A stretch of DNA of 63,686 nt, counting the filler, from Choristocarpus tenellus KU-1152 (lineage: Eukaryota; Protista; Phaeophyceae): assembly GCA_964200185.2 (NCBI GenBank). It is 14 parts of 14 records of this genome, joined end to end, with 100 filler letters (N's around TTAATTAATTAA, not from the genome) between each part and the next. Parts side by side here need not be neighbours in the genome. Positions count along the whole stretch, not along the records: positions 18,948 to 25,622 come from CAXNAD020007592.1; positions 25,723 to 29,548 come from CAXNAD020017712.1; positions 29,649 to 32,469 come from CAXNAD020024461.1; positions 32,570 to 36,469 come from CAXNAD020017253.1; positions 36,570 to 39,685 come from CAXNAD020022209.1; 9 more parts are not named here. One strand, 5' to 3'. The translations under genes and the position numbers were made by a program. Positions 25,163-36,846 of this stretch are shown here, in pieces (within the stretch, counting starts at the first letter, position 1; every line of letters starts with the position of its first letter). The notes beneath the pieces were generated by a model. That model was not told the origin of the DNA. It saw nothing but the letters and a program-made list of their open reading frames with translations, and did not search any database.

Positions 25163-25347
25163 TTGTGTCCCATGGTGCTCTTGAAACTGTAACCTCTTGG
25201 TAAGATGCGGGTTGTCCAACAGGAGAGGTGAGCGAAGACAATGTTGGCATGTCACCGTTGCACTGGGCAGCAACAGAGGGGCGTTTGATGGCCTCGGCGT
25301 GGCTGCTGGGGCCAGGGGGAGTTCAGGCCGATGGTCGAGATAAGCAG
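22907..25347 (+). CDS. N-terminal 3 exons of an ankyrin-repeat protein, probably an AKR1/ZDHHC17/TIP1-like S-acyltransferase (DHHC domain not in this contig)
   Basis: Exons 22907-23248, 23866-24052 and 25205-25347 splice in phase: ...DSQGHSLMHWAAKGGNVGIIEALA-DAGCPTGEVSEDNVGMSPLHWAATEGRLMASAWLL...DGRDKQ. Tandem (L/M)HWAA ankyrin repeats are typical of this family; the assignment is an inference. Confidence 0.75.
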
Positions 25348-25856
25348 GCAAGGGAAAAACAGTCAACTGTTTTGTTCTTGTTGAAGTTCAGAGGTCTGTT
25401 GGGGCCAGGCATGCAGGAGTTGGTGCAGTGTGTGGGTGTTGTGTATTGGGAGATTGTTAGGGCATACAGAGTATAGTGTTGAGGTTGGCCGAGTTAGGGT
25501 TAGGGACGGACTTTTTTTTAAAGCATTTTTTTTGTGCCTGTCTGTGGGGGTAGGGTATCCCTCTTCCCTTGAGAAGCATGTGACGTAAAAAAACCCAGAA
25601 ATAAACTTGTAAAAGAACCCCCNNNNNNNNNNNNNNNNNNNNNNNNNNNNNNNNNNNNNNNNNNNNTTAATTAATTAANNNNNNNNNNNNNNNNNNNNNN
25701 NNNNNNNNNNNNNNNNNNNNNNCCCCCCCCCTACCTCCACCACCACCACCTAAAGCCCCCCTTCTATTCTTGGAGGGGACTGACTGGCAACATCACGAGC
25801 ATTCTCCACTATGTTGTCTGATCTGTGTTGTGTTGTGTTATGTTATGTTATGTTAG

Positions 25857-28580
25857 GGGAGATTGTGCGTGAGACAACAAGAGACACAGAGGCGATAGCA
25901 CAGTATAAGACCATGAGAGAGACATTGGTTTACCTCACTCACCTGAACAATGAGGGCACAGAGACCATCATGCTGGAGAAGCTCAGCAAGCAGGTCGATG
26001 TGAGTGATACGTCTAGAGTGAAAAAGATATTTAACTATTATTTTGTTTTATTACTTTTTCTTTTTTCTCGCGTCTAGTGTATGAAGGACAAACAGTAATA
26101 ATAATAATAATAATGTTCTTTTTTTTAGAGATGACGATGGCAATGACTAAATATATATATATAAATATATTTATTTATTTTTAAAAAAAAATCTTGTTGG
26201 GGGTTTTTCTGTGGATAAACCAAATCGAATGAAAGGTACTGGAGTGGACTGACATTTATTGACATTTATTTATCATAGTACAGTGCGTACTTACTGAGCA
26301 GATGGCTTGTTTTTGGTCCTTTTTTGGGGGGGGGGGAGGGGGGGTGGATAGTTGTTGTTAGGGTGTAGGGGGTTTGTTGGGGGGTTTTTGGGGGGGGGGG
26401 GGGAGGGGGGTTGTATAGTTAATACCTCTGGGTCTGGAAAGAAAAAAAATGTTAGAGGTGTGTGTGACTGTTGGCTTGATGGTAGAATTTTTTCATTTTT
26501 TATCAGTAGTGGTAGTGTTGCTGAGGGACCATTGTATATGGGGGATTCTGATGGAGGTGATTTTTTTTAATTATTTGAAGTGTAGAATTGAGGTATATTT
26601 ATTGTCTGAAATGGGAACTGCGGGCTATATCTATTGGTCGGATGTTAAATGCACGCAATTTTCCGATTTTTTTTGTTTTAATATCTATTTTTTATAAAAT
26701 TTTACAAATTTCTTATCTTTTTTTTACTCCTCCTCCTCCTCCAGGGAATTGAGTTTTCATGGAACAACTTGAACACTTTGTGTTGGGCTATTGGAAGCAT
26801 CAGTGGGGCCATGAATGAGGAAGAGGAGAAGCGATTCCTTGTCACTGTTATTAAGGTCTGTATTATTTATTTATATATTTCATTTAATTTTTATTTTTTA
26901 AGATCTGTCTGGGTTGGTTGGTGTATTGCATAGTGTGGATGTGGATCAGGTTGATCTTGTTATTTTTTTGTCTTTATATATGGTGGATCCTGTGTTGAGT
27001 AGTGCGATCTAGAGATAGTGTAAGGTGATGTGGTAGAAAATATAAATGAGGAGTGTGTATCTGCCTCTAGACAGTCACAGCATGTAGTGTTTGAGCGGAA
27101 TGACAAGAGGGTTGGGGTGTGGACACAGGGGAGTGTGATTGGTGCCTTAGAGATACGACAGGTTTCTATTTTGTGCATTGTGTACTTGTAGTAGACTGCC
27201 AAAAGGTACAAAATGAGGTACAATAGTCAATGACCTTTAAAAGGTACTTCCTAGTAGTAATTGTCTCTATGTGTACACATGGGAATAACACACTTCTGAC
27301 ACAAAAGTATAGGAAGATACCTCACTCCCCCCCCTCCCCCACAGACACAAATACAAAACATTATTTTTTTACATTGATGCTAACAGTGGTACTGAGGTGA
27401 GGATAGGGTTAGGGTGCTCCTCGGCGTTTGTGTTGGTACAGGGTAAAAGAACTTGAATAATGGCAACACACTCCTTGAAGTTACCTGCCATCCCTAACCC
27501 TTGTGATCCCATCATGTCCTACATACCCCCCCCTCCCCCTAGAATGAACAAAAAAAAATGAAACATTGTTGTTGCCACATGCAGTCAACCTTGTGGTTCA
27601 GTCATGATGCAGTGCTGAACATGTTTGTAAGTACTGAACACGTTACGTACTATATATATCTATGATACTGTGTTTACATATTGTGTGTGTCTGTGTCTGT
27701 GTCTTGGCAGGACCTTCTAAACCTTTGTGAGATGAAGAGGGGAAAGGACAACAAGGCAGTGATTGCCTCGAACATCATGTACGTGGTGGGACAATACCCT
27801 CGGTTCTTGAGGGCACACTGGAAGTTTCTTAGAACGGTTGTGAACAAACTGTTTGAATTCATGCACGAACTTCATCCTGGAGTGCAAGACATGGCCTGCG
27901 ATACCTTCCTAAAGATCGCTCACAAGGTTAGGGTTAGAGTTAGGGTTAGGGTGGGGAGAGGGAGGGGTAGGGGATGGAGACAGCGGGGTTTGATGTGAGA
28001 GGGGAGCACCAAATTTTAGGGCTGTGACTGAGTGGTGCGATGTGATTGGTCCTTGGTCTCCATGTCTTGTGTTGTTGTGTGTTGGTGTTTTTGTAATGAT
28101 GCAGCAGTTCCCAAACACAGTATCAATCGTAGTAAGGGTGTGTGCCCTTGTTTGCTTTTTTTTTTTACCCTGGAGAATTTTCTTGTGGCGGGTGGTCTCT
28201 TGATGTTTCCTTCTGGTACGGGGTGCTACTAAACGTTTTTTCTTTATTTCATCCAGTCTTTTTTTTTTGTAGTGCGATGTAGTATAGTCTTGACCAATAA
28301 GGTTAGTTTGTTGCTGTGTGATGTCTGTTCCTTGGTCATAAGACTGTGCAACCTCCGAAATTTAACCTCAGGTGTATCCTGACTTCCTTGGAGATTTCAT
28401 TCCCCCCTCTCTCTCTCTCCTCTCTTCTGTGCTGTAACCTCTCACCCCTTGTCATCTGGGGCACCTAATGTCCAGTGCAAACCAAAGTTCATGGTGATGC
28501 AGCAGGGAGAGCAGGTGCTGTTTGTGGAAGAACTACTTCGACAGTTACCTGCCATAGTATCTGATCTAGAAACACACCAG
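25857..28580 (+). CDS. XPO1: Exportin-1 (CRM1), 4 internal exons
   Basis: Exons 25857-25999, 26745-26855, 27711-27926 and 28476-28580 give [30 protein letters not shown]...[77 protein letters not shown]...[21 protein letters not shown]..., the conserved CRM1 core. Confidence 0.97.
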
Positions 28581-29648
28581 GCAAGTTACCACTGTTGTGT
28601 TATTAATATTAGTGTTATTGGTACCATTGGCACTGTAATTGCAAGTGGGTAGTAATTTTAATAGTTAAAAGAGTGTTGTGTTGGTTTTTGTGATGCAGGA
28701 TAAGGGGCCGCAGTGTTGTTAGTTGAATGCCTGAGGAATGCCTCTCAAGGTGTTGAGTGAGGAACTGCGGGAAATTGAACCCTTGTGTTTGTTTGCTGGG
28801 TTAGACATTTGAGGTTCAAGATATTTTTTTAGGATAGAAAGGTGGGGGGGTGGGGGGGGTGGAGGTTGTTTCAGAAGCAATAAGCAGCTGCCCCCTTCCT
28901 TCACCCCCTGGTTTGTGGGTTAGCATAAGACTGTAGTTTTCAATGTAGGTGTTTTTGTTGTGGGCAATGAGGGTGATTCTGTGAAAAGAATTGTGTGTTA
29001 AGTGTATGATCTGACCTTCATTAGTGTGGTATTGGTGGAATCATTAATGTTGGGGAGGTTGGGGAGGGGGAGGGGGGGTATGTTGTAGCTGTGCTGTCTG
29101 TTTTTATAGTCTTTTCTCCGATCGATCCATTTAATTTTATTATTCATGGCTGGAACATTTTTGTATTGCATTGCCCTGATTTCATGCGTCTAGAGACAGA
29201 TTATTGTTTTGTTTTCAAGGGTATTGAGTCTGTTGGAGTTGGAGGAGAGGAAGGAAGGCGGGTGTTGAAGTGATGGAGAGTTGTGATTTGATCCGCTCTG
29301 TTGGGTGGGATGGATGACCTTGTGTGTGACAGAGTATCAATGTTTTGTTTTGATGTTTGTGCTGCACCTTGCGAAGGCGTTGTTGTGAATGCGGCTGGTA
29401 GTGAAAAAAAAAATGATTACCTTTTGCCACGATGTGTTTACTGATGATGTGTTGGGGGGGGGGGGGGGGGGGGGGAGGTGAAATGATTTGTGTTGTATGT
29501 ACCGAGTTGGAAGGGGGCTCTTCATCTCTCTTTTGTTTGAATCTTTGTNNNNNNNNNNNNNNNNNNNNNNNNNNNNNNNNNNNNNNNNNNNNTTAATTAA
29601 TTAANNNNNNNNNNNNNNNNNNNNNNNNNNNNNNNNNNNNNNNNNNNN

Positions 29649-30003
29649 CACCTACTCACCCACCAGCAATGGTGTAGCTGCTGCTGCAGCCGAGGCGCGA
29701 AAGCGCACTCACTACGAGGGCTCCTTTGATCCTCGTAGTTATAACCTCAACACCATCACGGTGGAAAGTTTTAGGCTCCTCGTTAAGCAAGCAGAATGCT
29801 TCCTGGATGAGCTAGCTACTCACAAGGTAGGAGGGAGAGGAGCGGGAGGATACTGCCGGAAAGGAGTAGTTAAATCCAGCTACGCCAAATTGTTTCAGTG
29901 ACTACGCAAGTGGCATTGTCTCAACGTGTCATGCACTATAAACTAGAGTTACCAGAGAGATGGGCACGGAGGGGTCTGTTGGATTCTTGGGATGCCTCCC
30001 TAG
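29649..30003 (+). mobile_element. Second 3' fragment of the RLE non-LTR retrotransposon
   Basis: TSNGVAAAAAEARKRTHYEGSFDPRSYNLNTITVESFRLLVKQAECFLDELATH; homologous to 10830-11070. Confidence 0.65.
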
Positions 30004-30369
30004 CTCCCCCCAGGGGGGCACAGGAGTAGGTAGAGATGGGAAGCACAGGACGACAGTAGTACATTATTGATAGTGGTGAAGTAACTGATAGATAAGTGGT
30101 TTTCACACTTACAGTGCTTTATAATGTTCTCACGTTTAGGATATTTAATTTCTTCAGGGCTTATACTGACATATTTATAGTTTTCATTTGTTTTCCCCCT
30201 GACACATCTGCAAAATATCAAAGGGCATAATAATAAAATATAAATAACGTATAAACAACAGACAAATTTGCTTTCCACAAGAGTGGTAAAATATAAAATA
30301 GGAGGCATGGCCATGACGTGGCTCGCAGGAGTGTAAAAAAAATATCCCCCGACCAGCCATAGATTAAAT

Positions 30370-30590
30370 GTTCAAACATGGCCGAGTTCATGACCATCGC
30401 TTACTCAACATGACTGGGCCCACTGACCGGCCATGTACAACTGAGTTCGAACATGTCCGAGTCCAAGGCTATCACTTACTCAGCATAACTGGGGCTAGCA
30501 CCAGCCATGTATATCCAACTTCGAACATGACCAAGTCCATGACCATTTAACGTTTCAACATGGCCAGGCCACAGACCAGCGCGGACATAT
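30370..30590. repeat. Three diverged ~75-bp tandem units
   Basis: Units begin TTCAAACATGGCCGAGTTCATGACCAT / TTCGAACATGTCCGAGTCCAAGGCTAT / TTCGAACATGACCAAGTCCATGACCAT. Confidence 0.8.
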
Positions 30591-33156
30591 GGCCGACAGT
30601 GGACATGCTAACTGTCCATCCAGGTCAAAAGCCCTGATAATTTCTCCGGGATTATTAGTTGGGCACTGCAAACTACACTGCTTCTCATGTTAACTGCTGA
30701 GTAATTGTTGCTTTATGACTAATTGTACTGCCTCCATTCCTGCCTTGCTTCTTGCACGTTGTGGCCAGCACTCCTGTCATAGGCGATGGTATGGATGAGT
30801 GGGTCAAAAGACCCCACTGGATTTGGGTACAATGAGGAGAGAGCCTTTCTATGGCAATACCTTATTTCTATGTGATAGTAAGACATTATATTCGTGTCTG
30901 AATGTATTCGTGTTCATGATTCTGTAAGGGGGAAGTCTATGACCGTACCGTCTTCCCATATTATTATTATTTGTTACCGTATTTATTTGTTCATGATTCT
31001 GAAAGGAAGAGTGTCCTGCTATGACAGTACTCTATTTTGACGTGAGTGTGAGACTTAGGTGTAGGAGGTTTTCTCTTGAACGTTTAGTCAGATGCAGTGT
31101 GAGTGCCTTGAGGTGCAAGGGTCATGCTAGCATATCTATTATCAGGGCGGACTTCGGAAGGGATGTCCACGTTTCCGCTTCTACTGGATCCCCAATGCTG
31201 CCCACCGATAAATTAGGACCTGGAAGTGACATTCATTTTATTTCTGCAATGTTCATGATAGGTAACGATTTTTTTTATTTCCTTGTTCAATCGCCTGTTC
31301 TTCACAATGAAGCAGTTATAATATATGCTGGAGGGGGCATGACACAGGCTATGCGTCTTAATGGTGGTTTCATCTACACCATTAAGAACCTGAAGTCGCA
31401 GATTTTATATGTTATGCCTTTTGACTACTTCAGTCATTGTGAGACCTTTTGTTACAGGGGTCTCAGTTTTTTCTATATATCAAACCAAACCATGAAATGA
31501 ATAGCCTATGTGAGAAATCCATCATGGCGCCATCCGTGAGCCTCATCATCAGCCTACAGGCTTGTGGATTGGAGCTACATGTCTCATCATGTAAGCTGTG
31601 GGAGTGTTTTATAACATTCTCACCAACTGTTCCTCCTCTGTCTCTTCTTACCTTCAATCTTCTGGTGGACCCACCTTGAACGTTTTTCAACCTTGATCTA
31701 GTTGGAGCGTTTTCATCGTATGAACAAGGACGGACAGATAGTACAATAAGTAATGTGTGCAATGTGTGTCATGTGTTTGCCACCTAGAACAGCATAATGA
31801 AAACCAGATTTTCCTTAAAACGTCTTGCGTCAAAGGGGCTCGAACCATTTGATTTCATGCAAGCAGCCATTATCGCCTTAAACTATCATCTACGATCATA
31901 GAATATATTTTTCTCTCTTCTATTGTACTTCCTCTGACCCAGAATATAAACTACATTCTTACAAAAACTGGTATAAATCATGGGTTCTTTTTGTACGAAT
32001 GTAGCTTATATTTTGGAGAAGAGGAAGTATTAATCTGTATTGGTCTATTGTTTTTCCGACTTCTTTCTTTGAAAGAGTTTCCAACTTTGACTTTCGTCTA
32101 TCTTTTTCTTTCTTATTATTATAGTTTCTATTATTATAGGAAAAAGTACACATTATAACTATTCAATTCGTATATATGATATTGAAAAGATTGATGGGAA
32201 CAGTAGTATAGTATGTGAAAGTAGTATAGTTCTGTTCGATGATTGAGGAGAATCAACAGTAGTGAGGAGGCACAGAAAAGCGAAAACTTGGAGAAAGGTA
32301 TAGAAGATGGGAGTAGGTGAATGGCACAATACAACCTTCTTTTGCCTTGTCACTTTCATTATTTCACGAAACAAAGACCAATAACAGTGGATTTGGAGAA
32401 TTGAGGAAGGAGCGGGGCTATGAGGATGGTTGATGATCGAAAACGGTCTTGAAAAAGTACCGAAAAGTTNNNNNNNNNNNNNNNNNNNNNNNNNNNNNNN
32501 NNNNNNNNNNNNNTTAATTAATTAANNNNNNNNNNNNNNNNNNNNNNNNNNNNNNNNNNNNNNNNNNNNTGTTCCGATTGGGGGGGTGGTTTGGGGGGAT
32601 GGTTGTTTGTAAGGGGAGTGAATGGGGGGGGGGGGAGTCTTTTGTTTGAGGCGATACTAGTAATGTAGTTATTTTGTTCTTTTTTCTTCTTGACAATGGC
32701 CTTTGCCCTTGAAACTCTCCCCTCAGGTGTTTTCTGATTGTTCACTCCACCCCCTTAAACCTTAGGTGATTGTTGCTACCAGGGACAGACCTGTGAACAG
32801 TAAGTAGTGTAAACAGGGTGTTGGGAGGAAGAAACATGAGAATGGATGCGTGACCAAGGGGTGGGTGAAAAAGATACTCATATTATTATATTATTATTTT
32901 CTCTTTTTTTGTTCTTTGTGGAAATTATGCTTGTTACGCCTTACTTGATACTCTCTCCTCTGACACACCTCCATGCCCCAGGCAAGCCCTGCCAACCTTT
33001 TTTTATTATTTTTTTATGACTTTTTTTATATTGCCTTTTTATTGGTCACACACCCCAATGAAGTAAATCGATAGACTCTGGCCCAGCCACTCGGCTCCAT
33101 CCCGTCCCCTCCTCTCAAAACTATTTTTAAATATATATATTATTACTTTTTGGCAG

Positions 33157-34120
33157 GCTGACTGTGGCGTCTGCACCCCTCAGCGACGGAACAGCAGGCA
33201 GGCATCCCCCGATCTCTCTCAAGGAGGCCATGTCCCAGCTCAGGATGCAGAAGCGAACCTTGCGTGCAGAACATCCTCCTTCCGGGGAGGGGGAAGACCA
33301 CGCATTGAACTTAACTCCTTCGTCTGTAAATGGATCAACGGTGTTGGAGGGGGATCCATCATTCTCAGGAATGGTCCGGCCATCCTTGGAGTCAGAGGGT
33401 GAAAGAGCTGAACCTGACCCTGAGGTCGCACGCTTCTCACTGAGTTGTGATACGGGTCCAAGCAAGACGGGAAGCAGGGAGGGTGGAACTGGGAATGGGA
33501 GTGTCGACGAGCGTGGGGACGAGGTCAGGAGGTTTGGGAGCATTGGGATTGGGGTGGGGGAGGGAAGAAGGGACAGTGATGCAGAAGATTCACCTCGTCA
33601 TCGAGGACGTCGTCACGACAGCCGCTGGAAGATGCCTGGCCATGCAGACTCAGTCTTGGCAGACTTTGTTGAGCGGCTATCAGCAGATCGAGCGCAGCAT
33701 GGTGGGGGGAGGGGTTGTAGCCTTTCCCCTCCCTCCTGGGAGGATGAGGGCGGTCATGACGAGGCCTTGCCCCCCGTTGCGAAAGAGTTGGAACTGGAAT
33801 TGAGGAGAGAGGGTCAACAGCAAGGGCACAAACGAGAGGGAGGTGTGTCTGAGGCTCAATCCCAGGTGATCAGCACCAACGTTGCGCAAGAAGGAATGAT
33901 TGACGCCGAAGTTGTTGCCGATAATGATGAGCTAGAAGGAAGTGAGAAAGAGATGCTGGCATTCCTGGAAGATGAGAGAGGGAGCATGGATGTGGAAGAG
34001 GAACGGGATGTCGTGGTTATGGAGAAGGGGGAGCCGGGCTGGCTACAGCTTGGGCACTTTGCGTTACGCTCGTTGCAGAGGGCAGCAGAAGCACTCTCGG
34101 GTCTGGAGTGTTCTGATGTG
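33157..34120 (+). CDS. Large exon of an unknown acidic, low-complexity protein
   Basis: 360-aa stop-free, GC-rich frame. TTTTTGGCAG acceptor at 33156 and strong GTAAGT donor at 34121 (the frame would otherwise run to TAG at 34246). Confidence 0.7.
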
Positions 34121-36569
34121 GTAAGTAGGGATAGGGGTATGTCGTTGTCATTGCCAGAAGCAAGGGGGCGGGTTGATGTGGGCAAGAGCCTTGGGCGGGG
34201 ATCGATGCCGGTGAGAAGGAGGTCGAACACCAAGGGTGAAGATTAGGAGTTTGTAGTGACTAAATCGTGCATTATTTGTGTGTGTGTGTGTGTGCGTGTG
34301 TGTGGGGACACGTGCCGCAAGGTTTAGCCTTTGCTCTCTGGTTCTGTGTGTGGGATGAGGTCTTGGCCCAAGGGGGGCTCTCAAGAGGGGATGGGGCGAG
34401 GAGCTGAAGGGGTTGGTTTGTTGGGGGAAGCTGTTCTTGTGGATTGTGAATGTCGGTTCTGAGACGGGGTAGGCAATACAGGTTGTGGCAATCATTGTGG
34501 AAATGTATCATTGCCCAGTGATGTATACCCCCCCTTGCCTCGATCAAGTGCCACCCATGCAAGAGTCAATCCAGTGTGATAGCTGAAACAACTCTATTAC
34601 AGATACTGCTGAAACTGCAGAGAAGCCAAGGGCGGGAGCTTCGTTGAAACTCCCACCTAGAGGGTTGTGATCCCTTCTTTTTGCCACCACATGTGTCAGG
34701 CTTTGTAGTCAGTTTTGAGGAGGTGTCTATTTAATTGCCATTTGACACTGATGCAGTGAGTCTCTCTTGAACATTGCAACATAGAGTCAATAGTTCCCCC
34801 AAATGTTGTTATTTTGATCATGATCCATACGTCAACTTTACTCTTAGTCGTGGATATTTGCTGGTGGGGTGCCTGGGGTTGGGAACAACTGATGCTTTGT
34901 ATACATATATACGCCCGTTGCGCTGGATATGGTGTCCTTGCTTACAAACATATATGATACAATATGTGTACATTAGGCGTGCATAATAGGTGCATGTCTT
35001 GCTCAGACGTTTGAAGGAGTAGGAGGAGTTGGAGTGACATCAAACGGCATTTTGTGGACTAGTTGCAACCAGGTGTATTATGGTAGTTGTTTATTTTGAG
35101 GCTTTTGCTCACGATCTTTTTTCAGTTTGCACTTTGTGCTCTGCATATATGTGGATAAATCGGGCATATTCTTGGGTCTGTTGCAGCATATATATGTTTA
35201 GTTACAATTGATCGGATGGGTGGATGACTGACTGTCTTGAGGGGCACAGAAGAAGCGATCCCTACAAATGGTGTAATACTTTGCTGTATGTAAAGTAAGG
35301 AGCAATCCTCACTTACAGCATAATCTTGACCATTATATTTTGGCAGGAGAACTTGACGGGGAGATGGGTGATAATTGGTGCAAAGGCGTTACTTGCTTCC
35401 TGTTTTGCATTATGTTGATTGGAAGAGAAGGAACTGCCTGCCGATTACCGTGTAGTGAGAGTGACTGGTTGTTGGTCTTTCCGTAGATTGGAGTTCGACA
35501 TTCTTGTCATTTTTGGTTCTTGTATTTTTCTCTTTTTTTTTGCGCTGGATGGACGGACGAATATTTCGAAGCGTATGATGGGTGCCAAACCCTATTGTGT
35601 TGTTATTTTTTCTCCAGCTCGTTGTGTTATTTGACTTAGTTGACTGTGCTACTACTAGGAATACTGTTCCTGATGCTTTGGTTTCCATTTTGTAATGTGT
35701 GTCTGTTGTCTGGTGCTTATTTGTTGTTGCATTTCTTAATCAGGCCGCGTGCCACTTCATGGCTACAAGTGTTGAATGTTCGTGAGGAATTAAAGGCTTG
35801 CTATTGATAGTTCACCAAAAGAGGTAGTAGTACTACTCCTACTAGTAGTAGTGTAGTTTTCTATGCCGACTGAATTATTAAATACATATTATATATAGTA
35901 AATACGTGAAGTATATGCTTGGAGTCCACAATACCTATCACCATCCATCCCTGCCCTAAACATCTTCAGAAAACACAAACACATCCCGCTTGATCTATCA
36001 TCAGTCTTCCTCACTATATAGGTGGTATTCTACAACAGTAGTTTTAATAGAGTGCTAATACTACATTATATTCATGTACAAGTAGCATCTCCAATATATA
36101 CAGAGTGTTCCAGAACACATTTGTCTTAAATGCTTTTCTGTCAATCAATGAATACTCCACCTAATAGCAGTAATGTGCGTACATCATCTTTATTTTAGGG
36201 CATGTTGCTGTGCCTGTAAAAGACAGGATTTTGAACCTTTTGCGTGCTGTAAAAAAAAAAATACTACTATGATTTTGGATGGAACTGTTACTTGTTGATC
36301 CATCTTTTCTCTACTCTCGGTTTTGTGATCAAGATCTTTTATTCTGCTGAATGCAGCAACAAATTTCACAGAAGTCTCTTTCTGTGGCTACACAAAATTA
36401 CAATTAGAGATATGAACGAGTGCTCAAACCATGAACAATCATTCATTTGGCTCTAAGTACCTGGGGGGGNNNNNNNNNNNNNNNNNNNNNNNNNNNNNNN
36501 NNNNNNNNNNNNNTTAATTAATTAANNNNNNNNNNNNNNNNNNNNNNNNNNNNNNNNNNNNNNNNNNNN

Positions 36570-36706
36570 CTCCTTTTCATAATGTATACATTTTACCTAC
36601 TCCGAAACATTTTGGAGTAGGTAAAATGTCAATAAAAAACCATGGGAAGCCAATCCCCACATGGACAAACAGGAAAAAAATCGTACCCTCTAAGATACTT
36701 TCACTC
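36570..36706 (+). mobile_element. MITE family A right half at a contig start
   Basis: Ends GTACCCTCTAAGATACTTTCACTC, identical to 256-279. Confidence 0.85.
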
Positions 36707-36846
36707 TAACTGGAACACAGGGACCTCTTTCAACACCAACCCCAAACCTATCCTAGTCCCTAACACCACCTACACCTCAACATCACACTCCCCTCGCCCT
36801 CAAAATCTGCACCTCCCCCCACTCCTGGCCCACCCCTTATCTCCAG

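Noticed and set aside
22907-28580. Functional clustering of the ankyrin/acyltransferase gene with CRM1
   Set aside because: They are separated by an artificial linker, so the adjacency is not real.
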